A model generated the notes under the pieces. The model was not told the origin of the DNA, searched no databases, and worked only from the letters and a program-made list of their open reading frames with translations. A stretch of 55,539 nucleotides of DNA from Acidimicrobiales bacterium (GTDB lineage Bacteria > Actinomycetota > Acidimicrobiia > Spongiisociales > ZC4RG35). Below are positions 18,091-28,139 of this stretch, piece after piece. The stretch's first letter is position 1, and each line of letters begins with the position of its first letter. A program made the position numbers and the translations under genes. The DNA is taken from the NCBI GenBank assembly GCA_024103415.1, contig JAGFIR010000193.1:1-55539 (forward strand), given 5' to 3'.

Positions 18091-18968
18091 TCGATCAACA
18101 GGGGTTCCTTGCGCGACCGCAGGTCGATGTACCAGGCGGTGAACGTCACACCCATCGCGCTGATGATCGGTCCCTGGAACACCACCCCGAGCAACAATGC
18201 GAGCGGTGCGTTCCCGCCACCACCTACGGCGGTGACGGGGATGGCCACCAGTTGGACCATCCACAGGGAAATCGATCCCAGGAACGCCACCATCAGGAGG
18301 AAGCCAAAGGTCGCCCACCATCGGCCCTTGACCAGGGCGGAGCTGCGTTTCATCGCGCCGAACACGCCGTTCCTCTCCACCGACGACGTCGACGTCACCA
18401 TCGACAGCGAGGTGCCCAGCCACAAGCCGGGGGCGGTGAGTGCGAAGAGGAGCACCAGCGCCACCATCGCCGAGCCGGTGTTCGGCACCCCCGCCACCAT
18501 GGCGGGCACGCTCCAGAAGCTGAAGCCGAGAAAGAAGAGCCCGGCCGCCGCCGCCAGCCCGAGGATGCCCGCCAGCGCGGCCGACGGGTAGGAGCTGAGG
18601 GCGTGACGCAGCGTCTCGCGCCGGTCGACAGGCTCCTTCTTGACGTCTGCGATGGTCACCCGATGGCAGCAGACGAACACGAAGATCATGGCGAGGGCCT
18701 GGACGAGGGTGCTCAGACCGCCTGCGACCACGAACGGACGTGACCGCTCGCTGAACTCCTCGGCGGACAGGTTCGCCAGCGCCTCCGGGTTCTCGAGGAC
18801 GTCTTCGACGAACTCGAAGGCGCCGGGGATCGAGAAGGCGGCGAGCGTCGCCAGTGATGCGGGGATGAGCACCGCGATCGCGATCGGGACGAGGACCTTC
18901 CAGGTGCGTCCGAGAGAGCCCATGGCGTCGCTCAGCAGCACGCCGAGGGGGCGGGGGAGTATCCGCAT
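18081..18968 (-). CDS. Multi-pass membrane protein, unknown function
   Basis: Internal ATG (MRILPRPLGVLLSDAMGSLGRTWKVL...) of ORF 18081..19283. About 6 hydrophobic helices. The 3' end overlaps the rnc 3' end by 10 nt (convergent). Confidence 0.65.
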   Translation of the reverse strand: MRILPRPLGVLLSDAMGSLGRTWKVLVPIAIAVLIPASLATLAAFSIPGAFEFVEDVLENPEALANLSAEEFSERSRPFVVAGGLSTLVQALAMIFVFVCCHRVTIADVKKEPVDRRETLRHALSSYPSAALAGILGLAAAAGLFFLGFSFWSVPAMVAGVPNTGSAMVALVLLFALTAPGLWLGTSLSMVTSTSSVERNGVFGAMKRSSALVKGRWWATFGFLLMVAFLGSISLWMVQLVAIPVTAVGGGGNAPLALLLGVVFQGPIISAMGVTFTAWYIDLRSRKEPLLIDQL

Positions 18969-19009
18969 CGGAGGGGTACCGTAATCGGCCGTCCCTCCCG
19001 GAGAGCGCC

Positions 19010-19840
19010 TTGCCAGAACTGCCCGAAGTCGAGACCACGCGCCGTCATCTCGAGCCCGTGCTGGTGGGCCGGGTGATCGAGGAGGCGATCGTCTCGCATC
19101 CGAGGACTGCCCGCCGCAACGCTTCCGCCGAGGAGCTGGTGACCCGTCTCCGGGGCCGCCGGGTTGAGGCACTGAGACGGCACGGGAAGTTCCTCGTAGG
19201 GGACCTGGACGAGGGGTGGACCCTGATCGCCCACCTGGGGATGTCGGGGCGCTTCTCGTTCGGGTCGCCGGAGGAAGAGCCACCCGTGCACACCCATGTC
19301 CTCTTGCACCTCGACGACGGCACCGTCGTCCGCTTCACCGACCCGAGGACCTTCGGTTTCGTCGCCGTGTTCGACGAGGACGAGATGGCCTCGTCCCCGC
19401 TGGGTCGTCTCGGCCCGGACGCGTGGAGCGACGCCTTCGACGCATCGGTGCTGGCGGAGTCGCTGGCGGGTCGGACGGCTCCCATCAAGGCTCTCCTGCT
19501 CGACCAGGGGCCGGTCGCCGGGCTGGGCAACATCTACGCCGACGAGGTGCTCCACCGGGCGAAGGTCCATCCGCTCACACCCGGCAGGGACATCCCGATG
19601 GACCGTCTCGAAGCGATGGTGACCGCCACCCGGGAGGTGCTCGCTGAGGCGATCGAGGCGGGAGGGACCACCCTCGACGACCTGGCCTACCTGCTGCCCG
19701 ACGGCCGGGCGGGGGAGAACCTCGACCGCCTCCGCGTGTACGGGCGAACCGGGGAGCCGTGTGTCGTCTGCGGGACGCCGATCGAGCGGATCGTGGTGCG
19801 GGCCAGGTCGACCCACTTCTGCCCCGATTGCCAGCACTGA
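19010..19840 (+). CDS. mutM: Formamidopyrimidine-DNA glycosylase
   Basis: N-terminal (M)PELPEVE catalytic motif and C-terminal zinc finger CVVCGTPIERIVVRARSTHFCPDCQ. TTG start. Confidence 0.92.
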   Translation: MPELPEVETTRRHLEPVLVGRVIEEAIVSHPRTARRNASAEELVTRLRGRRVEALRRHGKFLVGDLDEGWTLIAHLGMSGRFSFGSPEEEPPVHTHVLLHLDDGTVVRFTDPRTFGFVAVFDEDEMASSPLGRLGPDAWSDAFDASVLAESLAGRTAPIKALLLDQGPVAGLGNIYADEVLHRAKVHPLTPGRDIPMDRLEAMVTATREVLAEAIEAGGTTLDDLAYLLPDGRAGENLDRLRVYGRTGEPCVVCGTPIERIVVRARSTHFCPDCQH

Positions 19841-19925
19841 GCCGCATCGTTGTTAGCCTGACGGGGTTAATCACACTGCTGTCATTCGCCAGGAGCACGA
19901 CAACCGACATGCCACGGAGCAGGCC

Positions 19926-22900
19926 TTGTATCTGAAGTCGCTGAAGCTCGCCGGCTTCAAGTCGTTCGCCGACCGCACCCGTCTCGAGTTCCGCCCCGGG
20001 GTGACCGTGGTCGTCGGTCCCAACGGCTCCGGAAAGTCCAACCTCGTGGACGCTCTCTCGTGGGTGCTCGGCACCCAGTCGGCGAAGAGCCTGCGCACGC
20101 CGAAGATGGAGGACGTCATCTTCGCCGGCACCGCGGCCCGACCCGCCCTCAACAAGGCCGAAGTCGTCCTCGTCATCGACAACACCGACCGTCTCATCGA
20201 TCTCGACCTCGACGAGGTGTCGATCACCCGGCGTCTCTACCGCGACGGCTCGAGCGACTACGAGCTCAACGGTGTGTCATGCCGGCTCATCGACATCCTC
20301 GACCTCCTGTCCGACGCGGGCGTGGGCCGTCACCAGCACGTGATCATCGGTCAAGGGGAGATCGGACAGATCCTCAACGCCTCGCCCGATGAGCACCGCG
20401 CGGTCATCGAGGAGGCGGCCGGGATCCTGAAGCACCGCCGTCGCAAGGAGAAGGCGGAGCGTCGTCTCGAACGCACTGGTGAGGACCTGACCCGTCTCGA
20501 AGACATCATCGGCGAGATCTCACGGCAGATGAGGCCGCTGCGCCGCCAGGCCCGGGCGGCCGAGCGCTATCACGACCTCCGGCAGGAAGTCGTCAGCCTT
20601 CGGCTCCATCTCGCTGGCAAGAAGCTGGAGGAACTGGACCGCGAGCTGACGATCTCGGTCTCGGAACGTTCCATGCTCGCCGAGACCATGGAGGTCGACC
20701 GCGGCAGGCTCGGTGACCTGGAGGCCACCGTCACGCGTCTCACGGCCGACGTGTCCGCAGTGACGGGGGATCTCGACGAGGCCACCAGTGCGGCCGCCCT
20801 CCTGGAGACGACGGCCGAGCGTCTCCGACGCATCGCATCCGTCGCCCACGAGCGGGCGCGGGCCGCATCGGGGCGGATCGAGGCCGCGGCAGCCCGTCTC
20901 GAGGATCTCGCCTCCGAGAGCGATGCGATCGAGGTGGAGAAGGCCGAACTGGAGCGGCAGGCAGGTGAGCTCCGCTCTCAGGTCGAGGCCGCCGAGGCCG
21001 CGTTCCGTCGTCTCGAGGATGAGGAGCGCTCCCTCGCCACACAGGCCAGCCTCTCACCCGAGGGAGCCCTGGCCGCAGTCAGGGGGGAGCTGAGCGCTCT
21101 CGAGGCCGCCATCGAGAGGGACCGAAGGGAGATCGCCGCCATCGACCACCGCCTCGAGGTGCTCCGGTCGCAGGTGGAAGCCGAGTCGGCTTCGATCGAG
21201 GACATCGACCGCGAGATCCGCATGCTCGATGCCGAGCTGACGAACCTGCAGGCCGACTACGACGGCGCGGTCGAGGTCAGGACCGCCGACCAGGAGAAGT
21301 GGACCGCCGCCGAGAACGCCCTCGCCGAGGCCCGCACCGGCGTGGCCGCCGCCGAGGCGCGTGTGGAGGCGATCCGATCCGCGCTGGAGGGCCGTTTCGA
21401 CGAGGAGGCCAGGGACCTCGTGGAGAACGCCCCTGCCAGCAGGGGCCGCCTCGCCGCCCTGCTCGACGTGCCGGAGGGTTACGAAGCCGCCGTCTCCGCC
21501 GCATTGGGGCCGTGGGCGGACGCCGTCGCCTTCCCCGACCGGCACGCCGTCCGGGACGTCGCGGGCCAGGTCAAGGCACAGGGCAGCGGGTCGGTGGCGA
21601 TGGTCTCACCTCGCTCGACACCGGGCGTGCCCGCCCGGGAGGCGGCCGCGTCGATGGGTCTGGAGGCGATGGTCGACGTCCTCGGGCCGAAGGCCGATTC
21701 CACCCTGGCCCGGGCACTGCTTGGCGACGTGATCATCGTCGAGGGCTGGGCCACGGGTTGGGAGGTGGTCGGCGCCTACCCGCACCTCAGGGCCGTGACG
21801 CCCGAGGGGGACCTGATCACCGCCGACGGCGCGGCTCTGGCAAACCCCGACGGCGCCACCTCGGTGCTGCTCGAGTCGGCCGAGGTGGCTCTGGAGCGGG
21901 CCCGCACCGAGGAGGCCCGGGCGCGCTCCACCCACACCGCCGCCCGACGCGACTTCGAGGGGAGCCGCGAGAGGGAGCGGCGTGCCCTCGAGGCCGTCGA
22001 AGCCGCCGAGTCGGGTCTCGCCGGCAAGTCCGAGGCGATGGATCGGCTCCGCCGCTCCGTGATCGCTCTCGAGACCGAGATGGGCCGGCTCGGGGAGCGG
22101 AGGGTGGCGCTGGTGACCGCCGTGGAGACCGCCGCGGCCCAGGCCGGCGAGCTCGCGAAGCGGATCGACGACCTCCAGGGGGAGGAGGCCCGCCGGCTCC
22201 GGGTATGGGAGGAGCTGGAGGCCCGTCGGTCGATCCTGGCCGTGGAGAGAGAAGCCGCCCGGTCTGCGTGGCAGGAGGTTTCGGGGGTCCTGCGGGGCAC
22301 CACCGAGCGGATCGCCATGCTCACCGAGCGGTCCCGTCGCATCGCCGAGGAGCGCGCTCGCCTCGCCCAGCCGGTGACCTCGGGCATCGACCCCGACAGC
22401 CTCGGCCGGGTCGAGCAGGTGGCGCGTCGCTCGATCGAGGCCATCGAGGCCAAGGTGACCACACTGCGCGACCGTCAGGCCGAGCTGCGTCAGGTCAGGG
22501 ACGACGCGGCCGCCAGGCTCGCTGCGGCGCGGGAGGAGTTCGACACTTGCCGCGTCTCCCTGGACAGGGCTCGTGAGCGGACCGCCGAGCTCGACATCAG
22601 GCTCACCGAGCTGCGGATGCAGCGTGAGGCCGTGGCCGAGGCGCTGCGGAGGGATGCCGACGCCGAGCCCGAGCACGCCTACGGGGCACCCCGGCCGGAC
22701 TATCCCGACGACGCCGACCTGGACGAGATCCTCGCCAGCAAGCTCGCCGAGCTGTCCCGCCTCGGCCCGATCAACCCGCTGGCCGCCGAGGAGTACCGGG
22801 AGCTCGAGGAGAGGCACCGATTCCTCTCCGAGCAGATGGCGGACGTGGAGAGCTCCCGCACCGAGCTGCGCAAGGTGATCGCCGCCCTGGACGAGGAGAT

Positions 22901-23372
22901 CACCCAGACCTTCCGGCAGGCGTTCGAAGAGGTCGCCCAGGCCTTCGACCGCTACTTCACCGTCCTCTTCCCGGGTGGACGGGGCCGGATACGGCTCGCC
23001 GACTCCGAGGATCCGAATTCCGGTGTCCTCATCGAGGCGCAGCCCATGGGCAAGAAGGTCACCAACATGACCCTGCTCTCCGGTGGCGAGCGGAGCCTGG
23101 CGGCGCTGGCATTCCTGTTCTCGGTGTTCGAGGCCCGTCCCAGCCCCTTCTATGTCCTCGACGAGGTCGAGGCTGCCCTGGACGACGTCAACCTGAGGCG
23201 CTTCCTCCGGATAGTCGAGGAGTTCCGGGGCCGCGCCCAGCTGATCATCATCACCCACCAGCAGCAGACCATGGAGGCCGCCGACGTCCTGTACGGAGTG
23301 ACCATGGAGGCAGGCGGCTCGTCCCAGGCACTGCGCAAGGACATGACCGAGGCGATGGTCCGGTCCGCCTGA
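19926..23372 (+). CDS. smc: Chromosome partition protein Smc
   Basis: 1148 aa. Walker A GPNGSGKSN, long coiled coils, a hinge, the signature LSGGE(RS), and Walker B FYVLDEVEAALD. TTG start. Confidence 0.93.
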   Translation: MYLKSLKLAGFKSFADRTRLEFRPGVTVVVGPNGSGKSNLVDALSWVLGTQSAKSLRTPKMEDVIFAGTAARPALNKAEVVLVIDNTDRLIDLDLDEVSITRRLYRDGSSDYELNGVSCRLIDILDLLSDAGVGRHQHVIIGQGEIGQILNASPDEHRAVIEEAAGILKHRRRKEKAERRLERTGEDLTRLEDIIGEISRQMRPLRRQARAAERYHDLRQEVVSLRLHLAGKKLEELDRELTISVSERSMLAETMEVDRGRLGDLEATVTRLTADVSAVTGDLDEATSAAALLETTAERLRRIASVAHERARAASGRIEAAAARLEDLASESDAIEVEKAELERQAGELRSQVEAAEAAFRRLEDEERSLATQASLSPEGALAAVRGELSALEAAIERDRREIAAIDHRLEVLRSQVEAESASIEDIDREIRMLDAELTNLQADYDGAVEVRTADQEKWTAAENALAEARTGVAAAEARVEAIRSALEGRFDEEARDLVENAPASRGRLAALLDVPEGYEAAVSAALGPWADAVAFPDRHAVRDVAGQVKAQGSGSVAMVSPRSTPGVPAREAAASMGLEAMVDVLGPKADSTLARALLGDVIIVEGWATGWEVVGAYPHLRAVTPEGDLITADGAALANPDGATSVLLESAEVALERARTEEARARSTHTAARRDFEGSRERERRALEAVEAAESGLAGKSEAMDRLRRSVIALETEMGRLGERRVALVTAVETAAAQAGELAKRIDDLQGEEARRLRVWEELEARRSILAVEREAARSAWQEVSGVLRGTTERIAMLTERSRRIAEERARLAQPVTSGIDPDSLGRVEQVARRSIEAIEAKVTTLRDRQAELRQVRDDAAARLAAAREEFDTCRVSLDRARERTAELDIRLTELRMQREAVAEALRRDADAEPEHAYGAPRPDYPDDADLDEILASKLAELSRLGPINPLAAEEYRELEERHRFLSEQMADVESSRTELRKVIAALDEEITQTFRQAFEEVAQAFDRYFTVLFPGGRGRIRLADSEDPNSGVLIEAQPMGKKVTNMTLLSGGERSLAALAFLFSVFEARPSPFYVLDEVEAALDDVNLRRFLRIVEEFRGRAQLIIITHQQQTMEAADVLYGVTMEAGGSSQALRKDMTEAMVRSA

Positions 23373-23374
23373 TC

Positions 23375-24352
23375 GTGCCCGACACCACAGTCATCCTCAT
23401 CGTCGTCGCCGTGGTCGTCCTGGCCCTGGCCGGCTTCTGGTTCATCCGCTCCCGCGGTGGCGTCGATGCTGCCGCAACGCCCACCGGCGCCCCGCCGGCG
23501 AAGGCCCCGTCTCGAAAGTGGGGGAGGATCCTCAGCCGGGTCTGGGGCGACACCGTTGACGACGCCACGTGGGAGCGTCTGGAGGAGGCGCTGCTGGCCG
23601 CCGACGTCGGTGTCGTCGCCACCGACCGGGTCGTCTCCACGGTGAGGTCGCGACGGCCGGGAACGGTCGAGGAGGCCGAGCAAATGGTCCGGGACGCACT
23701 GCTCGCGGAGTTCTCGACTTCGGATCGTGGTCTCGACCTCGACGGCAGCCCCGCCGTGATCCTGGTCGTGGGCGTCAACGGCTCCGGGAAGACCACTTCC
23801 ATCGCCAAGCTGGCGCAGCGTCTCCAGTCCCAGGGGAGAGTGGTGCGTCTGGCTGCGGCCGACACGTTCCGCGCGGCCGCGGTGGAACAACTCCGGCTCT
23901 GGTCCGAGCGGGTTGGCGCCGGCTTCACCCAGGGCCCGGAAAGAGCCGACCCGGCATCGGTGGCCCACGACGCCGTGGCGGAGGCCCGGGCCGCAGGCGA
24001 AGACGTGGTGATCGTCGATACCGCGGGCCGTCTCCACTCCGACCGCAATCTCATGGAAGAGCTTCGCAAGGTGCACCGCGTGGCCAATCACGCGAGCCGG
24101 GTCACCGAGGTGCTTCTGGTGCTCGATGCCACGGCCGGTCAGAACGGGCTCGCCCAGGTCAGGGAGTTCGCCAACGCCGTCCCCCTCAGTGGGGTGATCC
24201 TGTCGAAACTGGACGGGACCGCGCGAGGTGGGATCGTCGTCGCAGTGGAGAAGGAGTTGGGGGTCCCGATCAAGTTCGTGGGCACCGGCGAGCGACCCGA
24301 GGACTTCGAGGTGTTCGACCCGGCAGGGTTCGTGGCAGACTTGACCGCATGA
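23375..24352 (+). CDS. ftsY: Signal recognition particle receptor FtsY (with N-terminal TM anchor)
   Basis: GVNGSGKTTSIAKLA, DTAGRL, SKLDGTARGG. The N-terminus VILIVVAVVVLALAGFWFI is hydrophobic. GTG start. Confidence 0.92.
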   Translation: MPDTTVILIVVAVVVLALAGFWFIRSRGGVDAAATPTGAPPAKAPSRKWGRILSRVWGDTVDDATWERLEEALLAADVGVVATDRVVSTVRSRRPGTVEEAEQMVRDALLAEFSTSDRGLDLDGSPAVILVVGVNGSGKTTSIAKLAQRLQSQGRVVRLAAADTFRAAAVEQLRLWSERVGAGFTQGPERADPASVAHDAVAEARAAGEDVVIVDTAGRLHSDRNLMEELRKVHRVANHASRVTEVLLVLDATAGQNGLAQVREFANAVPLSGVILSKLDGTARGGIVVAVEKELGVPIKFVGTGERPEDFEVFDPAGFVADLTA

Positions 24353-24738
24353 CTCCCGAAGAGCTGATCGACATCGCCCGCGGCGCGGCCGGGAACGCAT
24401 ACGCCCCGTACTCCAACTTCCGGGTCGGCGCCGTGGTGGTCGGTGCGAACGGCGAGACCTTCGTGGGCGCCAACATCGAGAATGCTTCCTATCCGGTGTC
24501 GTCGTGCGCCGAGGCGACGGCGATCAACACCGCCGCCGCCCAGGGCGTCCGCAAGATCGACGTCGTGGCCGTCGCCTGCATCGATGCCGATGACGTCGAC
24601 GCCGCCTATCCGTGCGGACGGTGTCGCCAGATCATGTCCGAGTTCGACGTCGACACCATCTACGTGGGCGCCCGGGCCGGTTCGGAGATCAGGGAGCACA
24701 CCCTCGACGAGTTGCTCCCGCACCGCTTCAAGCTCTAA
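24349..24738 (+). CDS. cdd: Cytidine deaminase
   Basis: 129 aa. YAPYSNFRVGA, zinc ligands CAE and PCGRCRQ. ATGA overlap with ftsY. Confidence 0.88.
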   Translation: MTPEELIDIARGAAGNAYAPYSNFRVGAVVVGANGETFVGANIENASYPVSSCAEATAINTAAAQGVRKIDVVAVACIDADDVDAAYPCGRCRQIMSEFDVDTIYVGARAGSEIREHTLDELLPHRFKL

Positions 24739-24937
24739 GGCTTTGTCCCCCTGAGCGCAGCGAAGGGGGAAGGGGTCCCCGTTGCGAAGCAACGGGGTAG
24801 GGGGCAGTGTTGAACCCGTGGATCATCTCCCGCGCGAGGCGTCTCCCTGTTGAGAGCGACTGCCCCCTACCTCCCGCCTCGCTTCGCTGACGCGGCAGGA
24901 ACCTTCCCCCCAGCCTTCCGGCTGGGGGGACAAAGCC
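24739..24937. repeat. MITE-like nested-palindrome element (type A), fills the whole cdd/etfA convergent gap
   Basis: Terminal inverted repeats ggctttgtccccc...ggggggacaaagcc. Internal hairpins include ccccgttgc-gaa-gcaacgggg and gtagggggcagt...actgccccctac. A second copy lies at 48043-48260, with an ~80-nt core that looks about 85% identical by eye. Confidence 0.8.
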
Positions 24938-25882
24938 CTACCGGCTTTCGAGAGCCTCGATCAGCTTCGGGACCACCTGTCCGGCGTCACCGACGATGCC
25001 GAGGTCCGCCACCGAGAAGATCGGGGCGTCAGGATCCTTGTTGATCGCGATGATCGTCCCCGAGTCCTTCATGCCGACCAGGTGCTGCATGGCCCCGGAG
25101 ATCCCGACGGCGATGTAGACGTCGGGCTTGACGGTCTTGCCCGTCTGGCCGACCTGCTTGGAGTAGGGGACCCAGCCCGAGTCGACGATGGCCCTGGTGG
25201 CTCCGGTGGCGGCATTGAGCGGCTTGGCGAGACGCTCGATCATCTCGTATGCCTCGGCGCTACCGATGCCCCGACCTGCGGCAACGACGACTTTGGCGTC
25301 ACCGAGCTGCGGGCCTTCGCGCTCCTCTGCATGGCTCTCCACGACCTTCGCCTCGGCCGCACCGGCATCCGGGAGATCCAGGGTCTCCACGGCGGCGGGT
25401 GATCCGCCGGCCGGCTCTGCCGTATACGACTTGGGTCGCACGATGACGATGGCCGGGCGCTGTTCGATCGCCGCGGTGGCGATCTCCGTGCCCCCGAACA
25501 CCTCGTGGTCCGTCTCGGCACCGCTGTCGGTGAGCCGGACCGCATTGGCGTTGGAGAGGACGCCGACCCCGAGTCGTGCGGCCAGACGGCCGGCGACGTC
25601 GCGGCTGTCGTAGGTCTGAGCGAACAGGATCGCCTGCGGCTGCTCCGACTCGGCGCGGGCGGCAAGGGCCGCAGCCACGGGGGCGGCGGCGAGACGATCG
25701 CCGGGATCGGCGACCAGCACCCTGGCCGCCCCGTGGTCACCGAGCGTGGCGGCGACTTCGTCGGAAGCGGAGCCGAGGTAGATGGCGGTGACCTCACCCA
25801 GCTCCCGGGCACGACTCATGATCTCGAGACCGGCCGAGGCGGGCCCGCCTTCGCTCGATTCGACGAAAACCCAGACCGACAT
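24938..25882 (-). CDS. etfA: Electron transfer flavoprotein subunit alpha
   Basis: 314 aa. C-terminal FAD-binding region [16 protein letters not shown]...[13 protein letters not shown]. Confidence 0.9.
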   Translation of the reverse strand: MSVWVFVESSEGGPASAGLEIMSRARELGEVTAIYLGSASDEVAATLGDHGAARVLVADPGDRLAAAPVAAALAARAESEQPQAILFAQTYDSRDVAGRLAARLGVGVLSNANAVRLTDSGAETDHEVFGGTEIATAAIEQRPAIVIVRPKSYTAEPAGGSPAAVETLDLPDAGAAEAKVVESHAEEREGPQLGDAKVVVAAGRGIGSAEAYEMIERLAKPLNAATGATRAIVDSGWVPYSKQVGQTGKTVKPDVYIAVGISGAMQHLVGMKDSGTIIAINKDPDAPIFSVADLGIVGDAGQVVPKLIEALESR

Positions 25883-25883
25883 A

Positions 25884-26642
25884 TCAGATCACCTTCTTCT
25901 GCTCGAGGAGCTCGATGATGGCGAGGTGGGCCGAGCCGTCGTCTTCGATCTTGCGGCCGGCTTCCCGCTCCGGAGCGGGGTTCACGCCGGTGACCTCCTG
26001 GGCCGGCCCGGCTTCGATGCCGAGGTCGGCGAGGGTCAGTGTCTCCAGCGGCTTCTTCTTGGCATCCATGATCCCCTTGAAGGTGGGGTAGCGGGGCTCG
26101 ACGACACCCGCCGTGACCGAGAGGACTGCGGGGAGACCGGAGGTCACCACGTCGTAGCCGGTGACGGTCTGACGGTGGATCTTCACCTGGTCACTCGAGG
26201 CCTCCACGCTCGTGGCGTAGGTCAACGACGGGACACCGAGAAGCTCGGCCAGCATCTGCGGGACCACCCCGGCGTAGCCGTCCGTCGACTCGGTGCCGGT
26301 GATGACGAGGTCGAAGCCTTCCTTGCCGATGGCGGCGGCGAGCACCCTGGCCGTGGTCAGGGCGTCGGCGCCACGCAGGGTGGCGTCGTCGACGATGACG
26401 GCCTTGTCGGCGCCCATGGCCAGCGCCTGGCGGATGCCCTGGGCACTGCCGGTTGGCCCCATGCTGACGAGGGTGAGGGTTCCACCGTTCGCCTGGGCGA
26501 TCTGCAGGCCCATCTCGACGCCGTAACGGTCGGTGTCATCGAGGACCTGGTCGTTTGGTCGGAGCAGCCAGCCCGTTCCCTCCTCCAGCTTGTATGGAGT
26601 GGAGGGATCGGGAATCTGCTTTACGCACGCGACAACTCTCAT
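25884..26642 (-). CDS. etfB: Electron transfer flavoprotein subunit beta
   Basis: Internal ATG (MRVVACVKQIPDPS...) of ORF 25884..26702. Lies 1 nt upstream of etfA. Confidence 0.9.
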   Translation of the reverse strand: MRVVACVKQIPDPSTPYKLEEGTGWLLRPNDQVLDDTDRYGVEMGLQIAQANGGTLTLVSMGPTGSAQGIRQALAMGADKAVIVDDATLRGADALTTARVLAAAIGKEGFDLVITGTESTDGYAGVVPQMLAELLGVPSLTYATSVEASSDQVKIHRQTVTGYDVVTSGLPAVLSVTAGVVEPRYPTFKGIMDAKKKPLETLTLADLGIEAGPAQEVTGVNPAPEREAGRKIEDDGSAHLAIIELLEQKKVI

Positions 26643-26694
26643 CGAGGGTGTGACTCCTTGTCCTGGGCGAGGCCGATGGTACTGCCGCCCCGGG

Positions 26695-27993
26695 TCATCC
26701 AATCCGGTCGATGACCAGACCCGGTGGGTCGACCGGGTCGGCCCCGATCTCCCAGGCGGTCTGGAGATGTGAGCGTTGCCGCTCCCACCGCTGCGGTTCG
26801 GCGAACCGCACGACGGCCAGGGTCTCGCCCTTGCTCACCTGGTCTCCAATCTTCTTCAACAGCGTGATCCCGACACCGGGATCGACTTCGTCGTCGACCT
26901 TCTCCCGTCCCGCGCCGAGACGGGTGGCGACGGCCCCGATGGTCATGGCGTCGCAGCGGGTCACGTATCCGTCCGTCGGCGCCGCGATGTGCTCCTCCTC
27001 GGGGGCGACCGCGAGCTTCGAGGGGTCCTCGATCACCGTGGTGTCGCCACCGTGGGCCCGCGTGACGTCTATGAACTTCTGCAGGGCCGACCCGTCGTCG
27101 ATCGCCTGCTGGAGACGATCCCGTCCTCCGTCGATGCCGGCCAGCTCGAGCATCACCTCACCCAGGGCGAATGTGAGCTCTCTGATGTCGGCCGGCCCGC
27201 CGCCACGCAAGACGTCGATCGACTCCCTGATCTCGCTGGCGTTGCCCACTTCGTTGCCGAGCGGCTGTTCCATGGAAGTGATCAAGGCGACCGTCTTCAC
27301 GCCGTAGGAGTTGCCGATCCCGACCATGGTCCCGGCGAGACGGCGCGAATCCTCCAGGGTCTTCATGAATGCACCCGAGCCGGTCTTCACGTCCAGGACG
27401 AGGCCGTCCAGGCCCTCGGCGAGCTTCTTGGACATGATCGAGGAGGCGATGAGGGGGATGGACGGGACGGTGCCCGTGGCGTCGCGCAGCGAGTAGAGCT
27501 TCTTGTCTGCGGGGGCAATGGTCGCCGACTGGCCGGCGAGGACGAGGTTGTGCTCGGCGAGGATCCCGGCGAAGCGCTCCTTGTCTAGGCCCGTGGTGAA
27601 GCCCGGGATCGACTCGAGCTTGTCGAGGGTCCCGCCGGTGTGACCCAGGGCACGGCCCGACATCATCGGGACCGCCACCCCGCATGCCGCCACCAGCGGG
27701 GCGAGAGGGATGGAGATCTTGTCGCCGACACCCCCGGTGGAGTGCTTGTCCACTTTCGCGGCGGGGATGTGGCTGAAGTCGAGGACGTCCCCCGACTCGA
27801 GCATCGCCCTGGTCCAGGCGGCCAGTTCGTCGCCGTCGAGACCGCGCCACACGATCGCCATGGCCATGGCCGACATCTGGTAGTCGGGCACCTCGCCGCG
27901 GGTGTAGGCGTCGATGAGCCAGGCGATCTGGTCGGAGTCGAGCTTCTTCCCGTCCCGCTTGGCCTCGATCAGCTCGACTACTGAATAGGTCAT
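26695..27993 (-). CDS. deoA: Thymidine (pyrimidine-nucleoside) phosphorylase
   Basis: Internal ATG (MTYSVVELIEAKRDGKKL...) of ORF 26695..28068. Motifs: DKHSTGGVGDK, SGRALGHTGGTLDKLE and KTGSGAFM. Confidence 0.9.
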   Translation of the reverse strand: MTYSVVELIEAKRDGKKLDSDQIAWLIDAYTRGEVPDYQMSAMAMAIVWRGLDGDELAAWTRAMLESGDVLDFSHIPAAKVDKHSTGGVGDKISIPLAPLVAACGVAVPMMSGRALGHTGGTLDKLESIPGFTTGLDKERFAGILAEHNLVLAGQSATIAPADKKLYSLRDATGTVPSIPLIASSIMSKKLAEGLDGLVLDVKTGSGAFMKTLEDSRRLAGTMVGIGNSYGVKTVALITSMEQPLGNEVGNASEIRESIDVLRGGGPADIRELTFALGEVMLELAGIDGGRDRLQQAIDDGSALQKFIDVTRAHGGDTTVIEDPSKLAVAPEEEHIAAPTDGYVTRCDAMTIGAVATRLGAGREKVDDEVDPGVGITLLKKIGDQVSKGETLAVVRFAEPQRWERQRSHLQTAWEIGADPVDPPGLVIDRIG

Positions 27994-28049
27994 AGGGGGA
28001 AGGCTAGAGACGACTTCCGGCTGGAACCACGGTCGAAAGGCCTTGTGTG

Positions 28050-28132
28050 TTTCTCCCCCATCGAGCAACAGCGAGATGGGGGAGTACCCCGAAGGGGGGA
28101 GGGGGCGCGGAGCCAGGGGGTGGTTCCCGGGG
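28050..28132. repeat. Type B GC-rich palindromic repeat, single copy
   Basis: tttctccccca-N-tgggggagtaccccg(aa)gggg(g)gagggggcgcgg. Same family as 41231-41436 and 55240-55539. Confidence 0.7.
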
Positions 28133-28139
28133 ACAGCAG

